Source of the DNA: the human T2T-CHM13v2.0 reference genome, Homo sapiens
Length of the DNA: 64,000 nt
Strand: one strand, 5' to 3'
NCBI RefSeq assembly: GCF_009914755.1
Contig: NC_060937.1
Part shown: positions 26,100-41,900 of the stretch, piece after piece
How positions within the stretch are numbered: position 1 is the first letter of the stretch
How the letters are laid out: each line of letters starts with the position of its first letter
Position numbers and translations under genes: made by a program
Notes under the pieces: generated by a model
What the model saw: only the letters and a program-made list of their open reading frames with translations
What the model was told of the DNA's origin: nothing
The model's database searches: none

Positions 26100-28255
26100 A
26101 AATGTTTTATTGAACTAGAATACATAGACCCAAAGTACACAAATCAGAAGTATACAACTTTATTTTCACAAATTGAAATACATTGAGTGATCAGCACTGA
26201 TATAAGAAATAGGTCATTACCAATATTCAAAAAGCCAACTTCCCAGTCACTGTTTCTTCACAAAGGTAATAACTATTATGATGCCTTACTCCACAGATGT
26301 ATTTGTCCTCTTAATGGTATTTTTATTAATAGAATTATGTACTATACATACTCATTTATACCTGAATATTTTCATTAGAAATTATATTTTGAGAGTTATC
26401 CATTTTTATAGGTAGTGATATTTTTATCTTAATGTTTCAACACATTTGTTATTAACACTGCTATGAACGTCCTTGTACATGTCTGTTAATGATCATATGT
26501 ACATATGTATATTGGAATATATATAAAGATATAGATATAGATATATGAGAGGAATGGCTGAGACACTAAGTATGCATAATTTGGCTATGTTAGATATTGG
26601 TAAACAATTTTGAAAAGTGGTTACCATTCACTCTTATTTGTGTCTGAGAGTGCTACATCCTTGCTAACACTCGGCATTATCTTTTTTATTTCAGCCATTC
26701 TGGTAGCTAAAGAATTAGAATTACTAATTAGTAATTAGTAGAAACAATTACTACTACCACTCTGGTGTGGTGGTAGTAATTGTGGTTTTAGCTTGCATTT
26801 CCCCATGCAACTCGATTCCTTAAACAGATTTCATATGTTTATTAACCTGATGACATTGTAAAATGTCACTGTATGTCTTTTGTCTATTTTTTTCTATTGC
26901 TCTGTTAATCTTTATGTTATTGATTTGTATATATTGGCCAGGTGCAATGGCTCATGCTTATACTCCCAGCATTTTGGGAGGCTGGGGTGGGAAATAACTT
27001 GAGCCCAGGAGTTTGAGACCAGCCTGGGCAACATAGTGAGACCTCATCTCTACAAAAAAATGAAATGTGTTAAGACAGGTGTGGTGGTGCAAACCTGTAG
27101 CCCCACATATTAGGAGTCTCAGGCAGGAGGATTGCTTGAGCCCCAGGAGTTCGAGGCTGCAGTGAGCTATGATTGTACCACTGCACTCCAGCCTGAATGA
27201 CAGAGAGAGACCCAGTCTCAAACAATTAAAGAAAAAATTTAAAAAGTAAAAAGAATGATGTGTAGATATTTATATATTCTGGATATGGGACTTTGTTAGA
27301 TATACGTTCGACAGACAGCTTCCCACATTCTTGTTTGTTCAATGTCTTTACAATATTTGTTTGATAAACATAGGTTCTTAACTTTAATAGTTTTATCAAT
27401 TTATTGAATTTTACCATCACTGTTAGCAATTTTAGTGTCCTATTTAAGAAATCTTTGCTTACCTCAATAATATAAAATATTTCCTATTTTTCCCACAGTT
27501 TTATATAGTTACCTTTTATAATAAGATCTGCAGTCAATCTAGAATTGATTTTTGTGAATGATCTGTGCTTGAAGGCAAGATAAAATTTTATCTATATGGC
27601 TACCTAGTTGCCCCAGCACATTTATTTGTAAAACTGTCCCTTTCCTCACGGTATTGTGGTATGACATTTCTCACCAATCAAATTACCCCGTATGGGCGGG
27701 ACTGCACATTTGACTTCATTCCATTAGTTTACTTGTCCATATGGCATTGTCTTAATTACTGTAGGTTATTTTTCCAGAAATCTATTGTAAAATTTCCCTA
27801 GCTTTACTCTTCTTTAAGATTTTCTTGATTCTATTTAGCCTTTTGTGATTTTCCCAAATTAATTTTAAGCAGCCAGTGAGTTTATACACCCACACCCCCA
27901 CACAAATAGTACAAATTTGTTCACATTTTGATAGAGTTTTGCACCGATTCCATAGATTAATCTGGGAAAAGTATGTCTTTAAATTATTGAGTCTTGGAAT
28001 TTATTAACAGTATCTATCCTTCCATTCTCTGAAATCTTTTTGATTTCCTAAATAATGTTTTGGAGTTTTCATTTTAGAGTTCTTGTACAACTGTTTTTAG
28101 AATTATTGCTAGGTACCAAAGTTCTTTTGATACTAACAAAAATCAATCCCTTGTAAAATTTGTGTTCTCTATTCTGCTAGCATGTGGAATTACAATTGAA
28201 TTTTGTATGCTGACCTTGTATTCAGCAACTCTGCTAAGTTTACTTATTAATCAGT
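26100..28255 (-). mobile_element. Ancient L1M 3' portion (interrupted by AluJ)
   Basis: Degraded ORF2/3'UTR motifs (tagaattgatttttgtg, cccagcacatttattt, tgaccttgtattcagcaact). Confidence 0.7.
26936..27255 (+). mobile_element. AluJ
   Basis: ttgagcccaggagtttgagacc and gaggctgcagtgagctatgattg; degraded TSD tgatttgtatatatt / tgatgtgtagatatt. Confidence 0.92.
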
Positions 28256-29865
28256 GGGTTAGGGGCTTTTTTCTTGGCATGGCTCAAAATTTAAGATTAA
28301 AAGCTGGGCACAGTATATGGGATTCTGGATGGTGGTTTCTTCGTCTAGAGAATGTTTACTTTTTCAGACAAATAGAGCAGGACTGATGACTTCAATATAA
28401 CAAGGAACAGAGCTTTCTATATTCTGCAATACAATATTGGCGATGTGCCAGCTGCCTTTGTATTGCCTGTGCTTCTAGGACATAATCTTCTGTAAGCTCG
28501 GTTTGGAAACCAGCTCTGCCCATGGCTGGTTCTGAACTCAAATTTAATTATTAATTATGTTTTACCTTGGTAAATTTTTAAAAATGCTCTTTCTGAAATT
28601 TTAGAATAGCTTCTCTGTTACTAGTAAATTGCTCTCAATAATTTTTACTTATGATTCCCTCATGAACAATATTTCATGTATGTGCATATTTACATACCTA
28701 TATACCATGAACATAAGCAAATACCTTATAAATACAGCTGTGTGTGTGTAAGAACTGTGTAAGATCACACAGTTATATTTATAAAGCATTTACTTGAGTA
28801 TGTTCACACAGACACACATACACAATTATTCAACTGTATATATTTCAACATTATTCTGGGTCAATCAAAAGATGGAAAAGTTGGATGAGTTGACGTAATT
28901 CACAGGTATTCTATATCCATGATCTTCAAAAATCTGTGTTCAATTATACTGAGGAAGTTTCATGGATGTCCACATCATATGAATTAATACTGGATTTAAT
29001 TCCTGAATCCAAATGACTTTTAAAATCTACTTAGACACTGAAAAGGTGAATTTTTAAAGAAAAAATAAATAGTAAAACCTTGAAATTGTTTCTTTTAATT
29101 TTAAAACAACTAAATATACTTACCCAATTGTTTTCAGGGATGTTTAAATTCAAGCATATAATGAAGCTTCTTTAAAATCTAAGCTAGAAACCCATATTCT
29201 CAGGCATAGTCTACATAAGTTGCATTTATGGGCACTGGGATTTTGCTAGCAATATTCACCACTGTATCTCCAACTTCCTTAAAGGTGTGTGTCAGTAGCC
29301 CTGAAAATAATCAAAACTGTATTTTTGATTACATAATCAATATTTTATAGCTGAAAATGAGCAAACGATAAGACAGTAGGAAATGTCTATGAGAAAATAC
29401 CAAGTCTCAGCACAAATAGTTGTGAAACATATCACTATTGGCAGGCAATATAGCTGCAGTACAATCTTTTGCTGAGGTTTTGCCACTGAAATCAGTTGCA
29501 CTCAGCATGGGCTGTAGTTGTCAATACTTCATGCATAAAATGAAGAAATTCAACTGTGTTTTCTCAATAATCAGATACTGCATTAAATGTTAATCCATTA
29601 TTTAATAGCTCTTCAGAGTGATTCCTCATCAAAAGCAATTTCAGACAAAAACTAGAAAGTTAATATTAAAATGAAAATTGTCTTTTAGGTTTTTCACCGT
29701 GACAGAGAAAAATATCTGTAAATCACACATAATATAAAAAATATAGTTTTTCTTAGAAAATGGTGATACAAGAATTGAGAAAGTAACATTTAAAATTTTA
29801 AAAGTGTGGGCCTGGCACTCCACATTTGTGGAACATAGAGTTCCACAAAATGAAACAAGAGATTA

Positions 29866-30172
<307 letters not shown>

Positions 30173-31340
30173 AAAAGTGTGATGCACACTCAGAATGCGT
30201 TCGTTTATGAATGACATAACACAAATTTCAGTCTGCTAAGGCAGCTCTTAGTTATAAGTCAGCAGAACAAAATAAAAAATGAAGATGCTTAAAATGGTAG
30301 TCGATTATTTTCCTTTAACTTGAATACATTTCTACTCAAATTAAAATTTGAATATATTTTAGAAGATATCTAAAATTTTTTTTATTTTACCCAGCTGTAG
30401 TTTCTAATCTCCATCTTTAAGCTATTTTTTTAGTCGGTTACACATAAAATGAAAATTCTCATTTCTCCTTCTTTCTACCCTACTTTAGAAAATGTTTGCC
30501 TCTCCCATAGCCTCATTTGAGCCCCAATTAGTGGGAATGTTTGAAAGAAAATAATTTATCTCTCAATTTCCTACTTAAAGCATGCTTTTGCCGTACTTTT
30601 CACATTCATTTCAATATCATAGAGAAGCCCAATGTCTTTCTGTAAAACAAATGACTGAATATTTCCTATTAAATGTCAGTGCTGTACCTTTCAATGGTTG
30701 CAGGATAGAAAGACAGCCTTACTTGGTTCAGTCTTAGATGAATAATGTCAGTTTTATATAAAAATTGGTTTTAAAGGGAAGACTGCACCACTTATAATAA
30801 TAGTTGCTTCTCTTTAAAAATCTTCAGGACAGAAAACAATGTCAAATATTAATTCAAATTTATAACTAAATTGTGGTATCTTATCAAAAATCTCAAATAA
30901 TGACAATATGACCTAACTGACTTCTGCTTTCAGAATATTATGCTTGAAAACATCTAGTTTCTAGATAAATTATAAAAAATATTATAATTTTAAATGTCTT
31001 GCCAAACACAATATTAAGAAAACTAAGAAACAAAAGAAATTTAAAAATCAACATACTGTTAGGACAAAAAAAAACCCTTTTTTAAAAAAACATAAGAATA
31101 AGTGTTTAATCTCTTACAAATAATTCATTAGATTAAATAATGAAGGATTGTTTCTTCAAAGAAAGATTGCGTGTAAAGGAATGAAAATGCAACTGTGAGC
31201 AGAAAACCCCAAAATAAAAATTGTGTATCTATGTTTTAGCTCCAAGTTGTGGCTTAAAATAGTCTCTCCTAAGATTTTGCAATGAAGGTCTATATCACTT
31301 GAGGTTCTAATTTGTAGTATCCACAAGGTTAGAAGACCTC

Positions 31341-31388
31341 TATCTAAGAATTAAATTATCTAAGAATTAAAATATCTAAGAATTAAAT
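31341..31388 (+). repeat. 16-bp tandem repeat x3 (tatctaagaattaaa[t/a])
   Basis: Seen directly. Confidence 0.9.
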
Positions 31389-32049
31389 TAAAATGTTATT
31401 TGGTACACATAGAGATAAGATTAAATATTTTCTGATGAAAATATGATGAAAACTTCTTCAAATAAAGATCCTTGAGCCAATGCTTATGCAAAATGAAATC
31501 AAATATAAGAGTTAAAAATGTATAAAAAATCAATATGAGTGAATACAGAAAAAAACTTGAGAATTTTGGAAAAAATATAAAAGATAAAAGAAAAATAATT
31601 AATTATAAATGAATTTAAAAATAAGTAATGAACTTGAAATAAAATAGTTATGAATTAAAAGGCCCCCTACCATTTCCCAGAGGAAATGTTAGTTGGAAAA
31701 AACTGCTGATTTGAAAGAGAAAAGGGGATTACTTTGTTCTTTGTGACTTTTCGAAATATAAAATATTCCTTCTCTTTTTGCAGAGTGTGTATTTGTGTCC
31801 AAGATGCATAAAGTGTTCATGTCTGAATTTCAGTCCTTTTTATTTTGACCACAGTGTCTGCTTACAGGCAGTCTGCCCATGTCACTCTGTGCTGCCCACG
31901 CGCCTGGCCACACACAGCCCAGCATGCACTGAGCCCACAGTCAGGTGATTCAGGGAAGGGGCTTCTTGGCAAAATAACTTTTCAAACTACAGAGAATACT
32001 CCACCTTTTACCTACACCTCTCAACTCAGAGGGATAGGTAATGCATAGA

Positions 32050-32250
32050 GTATCGACAGTAAAAAGGTACCAGCAATCTTTTAAAAACAGCTGATGAATA
32101 AAAGAGATGTGCAGAAATGACCAAAAGAATGTTATTTTGAAAGAAACAGTTTATTATTGATTAGATGAAAATACAAGAATAATTAGGAACCATAGAGAAC
32201 TGTGATGATCGTTGCATCCACCAAACAACAGAAAGCTAATAAAAAAGCTT
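32050..32250 (+). mobile_element. HAL1-like remnant
   Basis: gatgatcgttgcatccaccaaacaacagaaagctaataaaaaa resembles my recollection of the HAL1 ORF start. Confidence 0.4.
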
Positions 32251-32974
32251 TCTGATTTTTATGAATTGCTTATTCATTTTCTTAACCTCTGCCAATTTTG
32301 TATTAAATATCATAATATTTGATTTTGAGTGGGGAAATGATTCATATATTCTCTTTAATGGGTTGCCTTCTTTTTACTGAATTGTGAGAGCTCATTTTAT
32401 GTTCTAAATACAAGCCCCATTGTCAGGCATAGATTTTAGGAGTATTTACTCCTGGTGTGGCTTGCTGTTTGTATTTCGTAATAGTGACTGCGGAAGACTC
32501 AAAGAGTTTATTTTGATGAAATCCAATTTACTAAATGCTTCCTTTTAAAGTTTTTCTTTTTGTGTCCTATTTAAATTCTCTTTGCCAAACCCAATGTCAT
32601 AAGACGGTCTCCTATGTTTTCTTCTACAAGATTTACAGTTAGGCCCTTACAATAGGTCTATTCGAATTATTTCTTATATATGGTATGAGATACATTGTGT
32701 AGTATCACATTGTAGTTTTACTTTATAAAATAATATTATTTTTCCTGTGCTTTCTGTGAACTCATATCTGTCTCTTTCTACTACTCTTGCTCTTTTTATA
32801 AGTGCCTATCAAATCTTTTGCCCGCTATTTTTTTTTCAGTTCAGTGGTTTGTGTTATTATTGAGTTGTAGAGCTCCTTATAAATTCTGGAAACAAGATTT
32901 TGGTCATATACTTGCTTTGTGAATGTTTTTTCCAGCTGTGGCTTGCACATTTGTTTTCTTTTATAATTAATTAA

Positions 32975-33150
<176 letters not shown>

Positions 33151-33154
33151 TAAT

Positions 33155-34255
33155 TTTTTAATTGACAAATAAAAGTTGTATATATTTATTGTGTACAACA
33201 TGATGTTTTGAAATATGGATACATTGTGGAATGGCTAAATCAAGCTAATTAATATATGCATCACCTTGAATACTTATTTTTTTGTGTGGTGAGAACACTT
33301 AAAATCTACTCTCTTAAACAGCTTTCAAGTATACAATACATTGTTATTAACTACAGTCATCATGTTGTAAAATAGATCTCTTGAACTTAGTCCTTCTGTC
33401 TAACTGAAATGTTTTATCCTTTGACCAATCTTCCTTAACTCCCACCCCACTTCCGGCACCTGGTAACCACCACTCTCTGCTTCTATGAGTTCAGCATTTT
33501 TAGATTTCATACATAAGTGAGAATATGCCATACTGTATTTGTCTTCCTGTGTTTGTCTTATTTCACTTAACATAATGTTCTCCAGGCTTATCCATGTTGT
33601 TACAAGTGACAGAATTTCCTTCTTTCTTAGGGCTGAATAGTATTCCATTGTGTAAATATATATTTTCTTTATTCATTCATCTGTTGATGGACACTTAGGT
33701 TGGTTCCATATCTTAGCTGTTGTGAATAATGCTGAAATCAACACCAGAGGGCAGATTCCTTTGACATAGTGATTTCATTTCCTTTGTATATATACCCAGT
33801 AGCGGGATTGCTGGATCATAGGGTAATTCTATTTTTAATTTTTCAAGGAACTTCCATACTATTTTTATTAATACCTATAGTAATTTTCATTTCTACCAAC
33901 AGGGCATAAGTGTTCTATTTTATCTACATCCTCAAAAACACTTGTCTTTTGTTTTTGATCAAAGCCATTTCAACAGGTATGAAATATCTCATTGTTGTCT
34001 TAATTTGTGTTTCCCTGATGACCAATGATGTTGAACCTTTTTTCATATATCTCTTGGCTATTTGTATGGCTTTTTTTGAGAAATATGTGTTCAGGTCCTT
34101 CACCTGTTTTTTTAAGTGGCTTCTTTTTACTCTTACAATGCAGTTGAGTTCTTTATATATTTTGGATATTAATCCCTTATCAGATGTATGTTTGTAAATA
34201 TTTTTCCTGTTCTGTAGGTTGTCTCTTCACTCGGCTGATTGTTTTCTTTGCTCTC
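33155..34255 (-). mobile_element. L1MA (MA8/9-like) 3' portion
   Basis: L1MA 3'UTR; the ORF track shows MEYYSALRKKEILS (ORF2 C-terminus). Confidence 0.87.
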
Positions 34256-35775
34256 CGGCACTTACACATTGATTTTCTGATATTTTTAATGAGTACTTTT
34301 TTTTGACAAAGTCTGATTTATTGTTATATATATTATTCAAAAGTTATTGCTCTCTGTGAATTGGTGAAAAAGCTTGTCTCCCAAGTCATAAAAAATATTT
34401 CCTTCTACTTTTCTCTAAAAGTCCTATACTCATTTCTTTTATCTTTTAGTCTACATTCTATATCTAAACAATTGTTTTGCTTAATGTAAGGTAAGGGTCA
34501 GACTTCTCTTTTTCTTTTTTTCACCATGAATATACATTTTTCTATAGCACAACGTGTTGAAAGAAAAACCTTTTCTTTCTCCCTTTAATTTGATTGTCTG
34601 TTCATAAGTCAAATGATACTATATAAATATTTATGTATGACAGTATATAAATGCGTATGTATGTTTTAACTTTCTATTTTGTTACATCAAACTTTTGTGC
34701 CAATACTTATGCCACTACTGCACTGTCTTAATTAGTGTAGCTTTATATTACCTCATGATGTCATGAGGTAATCTTCCAACTTTGGTTTATTTTTCAAGAT
34801 AGCTTTGGTTATTTTAGATCTCGCATTTCCACATAAAGCATAGATTTAGCTTGTCAATGTCTATAAAAACTCTTCTAGCATTTGGATTTACATTGAATTT
34901 GTATTGAATATATGGATCAGTTTGTGTAAAGTTGATGTTTTACCAATACTGAGTCTTCCAATCCGTGAATCTTGTAAAACTCATTCTTTAGATATTTACA
35001 TAGATGGTCTTTAATTTAGTGCAGCAATGTTTTGTATGTTTTAATGCAGAAGTTTTGCATATCTATTAAATTTATTCAAAGACATTTTATGTGTAAGGAC
35101 AGTATTTTAAATGGCATTGTTTTTCTTCATTTTGTTTGCTGGTGGTATATATTAACCTTGTATCATGCAACCTCATTAAATAAATATATTAGTTCCATAG
35201 TTTTGTTGTAGATTCCTCAGGATTTGCTATGTAACTAATCATGACGTTTGCAAATATAAATGGTTTACTTCTTCCTTTTATATCTTTATTGTTTTTAAAT
35301 CTATCTATCTGTTTTCATTGTTTTCCTTTCCTGATTTCATTGGAGAAGAGCTCCAGTGCAGTGCAGAATAGAAGTGGTAGAAATGTACATCACTTCCTTT
35401 TTCAATATTCAAATATTTATTATTTAGCTGTAGGCCTTTTGTAGCTGCCTTTTATTAGGTTGAGGAAGTCTCCTTATATTCTTTAGTTTGCTGAGAGTTT
35501 TTTATCTGTTAAATTTTGTTATATGCTTTTTTAGCATCTATTGAAATGAGAACAGTTTTTGTCTTTTATTCTCTTTTTATGGTAAAATGCAATGGTTCAT
35601 TTTCAAATGTAAAACCAATCCCAAATTACTCAGATTAATGTTGATTGTTCACAGTATACTAAACTTTTTAATACTACTGTATTTGTTGGCTAGTACCTGC
35701 TAAATAATTTTGTATCTATATTAATTTAGAGATATTGGTGTATATTTTAAACTACATCTTTGTTATATTTTGGTA

Positions 35776-36008
35776 CAGGTTGAGTATCCCTACTCTGAAA
35801 TGCTTGCAACCAGAAGTGTTTTGACTTTCAAATTTTTTCAGATTTTTGAATATTTGCATTATCCTTAGGTTAAGCATCCTTAATCCAAAAATCTGAAATC
35901 CAAAATGTTCCAATGAACAGCTCCTTAGAGCATCATGTTGGTGCTCAAAAAGATTAAAATTTTGGAGAATTTTGGAGTTTGGATTTTCAAATTAGGATAC
36001 TCAACCTC
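35776..36008. mobile_element. Tigger4a/MER46A (Zombi) MITE
   Basis: TIRs caggttgagtatccct / taggatactcaacct, TA TSDs, about 233 bp. Confidence 0.88.
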
Positions 36009-38115
36009 TATTAGAGTGATGCTGATTTCATAAAATGATTTTAGGAGGGCTCCTTCCTCTCCTGCTTCTTGGAATAGTTCATGTGATATTGGTATTTTCT
36101 TCTTGAATGTTTGGCAGAGATATCATTGAAGCCGTAAGGACATGACATCTGCTTTATTTTAATTTTATGTTTTCAAATATATATGTTTTAGTTTTTCATT
36201 GCTACATAATATTTGCACAGATTTATGAGGTACATGTGATATTTTGTTACATGCATATATAATGTGTAATGATCAAGTCACGGTCCTTAGGGTATTCATC
36301 ACCTCGAATATCATTTCCACATGTTGGGAACATTTCAAGTCCTCTCTTTTAGCTATTTTAAAATACACAATCCATAGGTGTTAACTATAGTCCCCTCCTC
36401 TGATACTGAACATTAAAATATATTTTATCTAACTGTATGCTTGTTACCCATTAACCAACCTCTCTTCACCTCCACTCCACAAACTCACACATCCTGGTCA
36501 ACCTCTAGTATCTATTATTTTACTATCTACCTTTATAAGATCAACTTTTTCTAGCTCCTATATATGAGTGAGAATATGTGATATTTGTTTTTCTATACCT
36601 GGCTTATTTCACCTAACATAATGACTTCCAGTTTCATTCATGTTGCTGCAAATGACATAATTTTAGTCTTTTTTGTGGACACTGTGTGTATATACCACAC
36701 TTTCTTCAACACTTGGGTTGAATCTATATATTTGCTATTATGAATTGTGCTGCAATAAACATGAGGATGGAGTTATCTTTTTGACATATTCATTACTCTT
36801 TTTTGGATAAATACCCAATAGCAGGATTGCTGGATTATATGAAAGTTCTATGAATAGTTTTTGAGAAATCTGCCTACTGCTTTCCTTAGTGAATGTACTA
36901 ATTTACATTCCCACCAACAGTTTATAAGAGTTCCTTTTTCTGCACATTCTCACTGGCATCTGTTATATTTGTCTTTTACGTAATAGCCATTCTAACTGGG
37001 ATAATACAATTTCTTATTGTGGTTTTGATTTGCATTTCCCTAATAATTACTGATGTTGAACATTTTTTATATACCTGTTGGCCATTTGTATGTCTTCTTT
37101 TAAGAAATGCCTGTTCATGTTCTTTACCCATTTCTGATGAGATAACTTCTTTTTTCTGTTGAGTTGTTGGGTCCCTTTTTATTCTGAATATTAGTCCTTT
37201 GTTGGATGAATAGTTTGCAAATATTTTCTCCCATTCAACAGGTTGTCTCTCCACTCTGTTGGTTGCTTTCTTAGCTGTGTAGAAGTTTTTTTTACTTTAA
37301 TCTGTATATTTGTATAATTTTGAATTTTCGCCTGTACTTTTGATGTTTTAGCCATAGAATCTTTGCCTAGACCAATGTCATAAAGTGTTTTATCTTATTT
37401 CCTCTAGTGGTTTTATATAATTCAGATCTTATGTTTAAGTCTTTAATCCATCTTGAGTTGATTTTTGCATATAGTGAGATATATGGGTCTAATTTCTTTC
37501 TTCTGCATGTGGATATCTGATTTTCCCACATTTACTGAAGAGGGTATCCTTTCTGCACCGCATGTTTTTGGCACCTTTGTCAAAAATCAGTTCACTGTAA
37601 ATATGTGAATTTATTTTTGGTTTCTCTATTCTGTTACATTGTTCTATGTGTCTGTTTTTATGTGAACACTAAGCTTTTTTGGTTACTATAGATCTGTAAT
37701 ATATTTTGAAGTCAGTGAGATCCTTCCAGCTTTGTTCTTTTTGGTCAGGATTTCTTTGGCTATTTGGACCCGTTTTGGTTCCATACAAATTTCAAGATAG
37801 TTCTATTTCTGGGAAAAAATGACATTGGTATTTTGATAGGGAGTGTACTAAATCTGTAGTTTTCATTGTTATTATTGCCATTTTAATAATGTTAATTCCT
37901 CTGATCCATGAGTACAGGGTGTCTTTCCATTTGTGTCCTCTTCAACTATTTTTATTTTTCAGACTTTTGCTGTTTTTCTTGTAGAGACCTTTCACCTCTT
38001 TAGTTAAATTTATTCCTAGGTATTTGTATATGTGTGTCGATTGTAAATGGAATTGCTTTCTTGATATTTTTTCTCAGCTATTTCATTAAGGTATATAGAA
38101 ACAATACTAAATTTT

Positions 38116-38336
38116 GTTTTTTAAGCTTCTTCTTTATTTTATTTTTAGCTTTTAAGTTCAAGGGTATATATGCAGGTTTGTTGCATAGGTAAACTTGTGT
38201 CATGGGAGTTTTTTGTACAGATTATTTCATTATCCAGGTATTAAGCCTAGTATCCATTAGTTATTTTTCCTGATCCTCTCCTTCCTCCCACCCTTCACCC
38301 TCTGACAGGCCCCAGTGTGAGTTGCTCCCTTCTATG
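38116..38336 (-). mobile_element. Short L1PA13-16-like 3' end nested in L1MA
   Basis: 3'UTR motif ggtaaacttgtgtcatggg...; TSD agaaacaatactaaatttt / agaaacagtactgagtttt. Confidence 0.82.
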
Positions 38337-38619
38337 AGAAACAGTACTGAGTTTTCTATGTTGATTTTTGTATCATGAAACCTTACCAAATTTGTTTGTC
38401 AAATCTAGGAGTTTTTTGGTGGAGTCTTTAGATTTTTCTAGATATGAGATTTTTGTCACCTGCAAAAAGGGACAATTTGACTTCCCATCTTTCAATTCAG
38501 ATGCCTTTTATTTTCTTGCCTGATTGCTCAAGCTAGGATTTTCAGTGCTGTGTTGAGTAGAAGTGGTGAAAATGGACATCTTTATGTTGTCTGAGTTCTG
38601 AAATGAGAGACTTTCAGCT

Positions 38620-38950
<331 letters not shown>

Positions 38951-41900
38951 AGAGACTTTCAGCTTTTCCCCATTCGATATGATGTTAGCAGTGGATTTAT
39001 CATATATAGCCTTAATTATGTTGAAGTATGTTTCTTCTAGTTTCTTGATAGTTTTTAATGTGAAAGGATGTTGAATTTTGTCAAATGCTTTCTTTGGGCA
39101 TGTTGATATGTTCATATGATTTATGTCCTTCATTCTGTTGTTGTGACGTATCATGTTTATTGATTTGCATAGGTCGAATCATCCTTGTATCCCTGGGATA
39201 AATTCTACGTGATCATACTGTGCTATCTATTTGATGTGCTGCTGGATTTGGCTTTCTCATATTTTATTGAGGATTTTCGTGTCTATATTGATCAGGAATA
39301 TTAGCCTGTAATTTTTGTTGTTGTTGTATTTTTGTCTGGTTTTGGTATCAGGGTAATGCTGGCCTCTTAGAATAAGTTAGGGAGAATTCCATCCTCCATA
39401 TGTTTTCAAAAATACTTTGAGGAGAATTGGTGTTAGTTTTTCTTTGAAAGTCTGGTAGAATTTGGCAGCCATTCGATCCTGGACTTTTATTTGTCGGGAC
39501 ACTTTTATAGCTGATTCAATATCATTACTCATAATTCGGTTCAGGTTTTCTGTTTCTTCTTGCGTTAATCTTGGTAGGTTGTATATATCCAGGAATTTAT
39601 CAATTTCCTGTAGTTTTTTCAGTTTATTAGTGTGTAGTTGTTCATAATAGTCCCTGATAATCTTTTGTATTTCTGTGGCATCAGTTATAATGTCTCATTT
39701 TTCATTTCTGATATTGTTTGAGTCTTTATTTTTGGTTAGTATAGCTAGCAGTTTATCGACTTTATGTAATTTTTTTAAAAACCCCAAATTTTCATTTGTT
39801 GATAATTTGTGTTGCTTCTTAGTCTCTATTGCATTTAGTTCTGCTCTGGTCTTTATTATTTCTTTCCTTCTTTTAACTTTGGCTTTGTTTTTTTCTTGTT
39901 TTGTAGTTTCTTGAGAAGAACTGTAAGATTATGTAAAATGTTTCTACTTTTTCGATGTAGGCATTTATTGCTATAAGCATTACTTTAAATGCTGCTTTTT
40001 GCTGTATCCCATTGGGTTTGGTATGTTGTATTTTGGTTTTCATTTGTTTCAAAAATGTTTTAAAAATTTTCTCCTTAATTTCTTCCTTGACCCAATGATC
40101 ATATAGGAAGATGTTATTTAATTTCCATATATTCGTATAGTTTCCAAAGTTTCCCTTGTTACTGATGTCTTGTTATTGATGTCCTCTTATTATGGATGTT
40201 TTATTATATTGCGGTCTGAAAAGAACTTGTGATTTTGATTTTTAAAAACTTGTTGAGACTTGTTTTGTCTTCTAAAATGTAAACTATCTGAAGAATGTTC
40301 CATGTGATGGAACATGTATTATGTAGCTGTTAAATGAAGTGCTCTGTACCTGTTAGGTCCTTTGGGGCAGTTTAAATCCAATATTTCTTTGTTAATTTTC
40401 TGTCTAAATGATCTGTCTAACGCTGAGAGTTGTGTGGTGAAGCCCCCAAATACATATAGTACAAGAGTCTATCACTCCCTTTGGATCTAATATTTGCTTT
40501 ACATATCTGGGTGCTCCAGTGTTGGGTTCATGTATGGTTAGAATTGTATCCTCTTGCTGAACTGATGTCTAACATTATATATGACCTTCTTTGTCTCTTT
40601 TTACTGTTTTTGACTTAAAGTCTGTTTTATCTGATATAAGTGTAGCTACTCCTACTCACTTTTGGTTTCTCTTAGCATGGAATATCTTTTTCCATTCCTT
40701 TAATTTTATTCTACATGTGTCTTTGCAGCCACGATGAGTGTCTTATAGGCAGCATATAGTTGGGTCATATTATTTTCTTTTATCCATTCAGCCAGTCTAT
40801 ATCTTCGAAGTGGGCAGTTTAATCCATTTACATTCAAGGTTCTTATTGATATGTGAGGGCTTATTCTTACCATTTCATTAATTGATACCTGGTTGTTTTC
40901 TTCACCCCTGGTTGTCCTTTTGTTCATTTCTTTTTTACTGTTTATTTTTTTGGTGTGGTGTTTTTCTGTGCTGGTAACATTTGAGACCTTTATCTTCCTC
41001 ATTTGTGTCTTTTTTTCTACCAGTGGGGTTTTATACTTTTATGTGTTTTTGTGATACAGACATACTCCTTTTAATTCCACATGTACAGATCCCTCAAGCA
41101 TTTCTTGTGGGTCCAGTCTAGTGGTGATGAATTACTTCAGCTTTTGCTTGTCAGAGAAAAACTTTATTTGTCCTTCATTTATAAAAAGTAGCTTTGCTGG
41201 GTATAGTATCCCTTGCTGGCAGTTTTCTTCTTTCAGCACTTTGAATATATTATTTAATTCTCCCGTGGCCTATAAATTTTCTACTGAGAAACTCACTTAG
41301 TCTGATGGGGGTTCCATTATAAGTGACTATATAGTTTTTCTTGTAGAATTTACAAAAGAATTCTCACTTTGTCTTTCACTTTTGATAGTTTGACTACAAT
41401 GTGCTGTAAAGAACAACTTTTTATATTATATCAGTTTGGGGATCTCTGAGCTTCCTGTATCTGAATGTCTAAATCTCTTGTTAGACTTGAGAAATGTTAA
41501 AATTAATGTTTTCTCCAACGTTTGTTTCCTTTCTGCCTTCTGGGACTCTGAAAATTTAAATATTTGGTTACTTTATGTTGTTCCTTATGTCACATAGACA
41601 CTGTTCCTCCTTTTTTATTCCTCTTAATATTTGTCTAATTCAATTATTTCGAAAGAACGTGTGCTCCTTCTCTGGAGTAATGCTGTTGCTCAGTCTTCAG
41701 GCAGTGCTCCGTCTTAGTTTCAAAACCTATGTGGATCATAAGTTGAGGAGCTCTTCCATGGCTTGGATTGCAGGGGTCTGTGGTGGGAATGTAGACTGCT
41801 GTGGGAGTCACTCATTTACCCTTTCTGCACACTGGTGAGTCTTTTCAGTCTCCCAGCCAATACAGCTGGAGTAGACTGGCTTATTTCCCTTTCCTTTTTC

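Noticed and set aside
31341-31388. Short direct repeats as a CRISPR-like array (also 63002-63063)
   Set aside because: Head-to-tail tandem duplications with no spacers, in a mammalian genome
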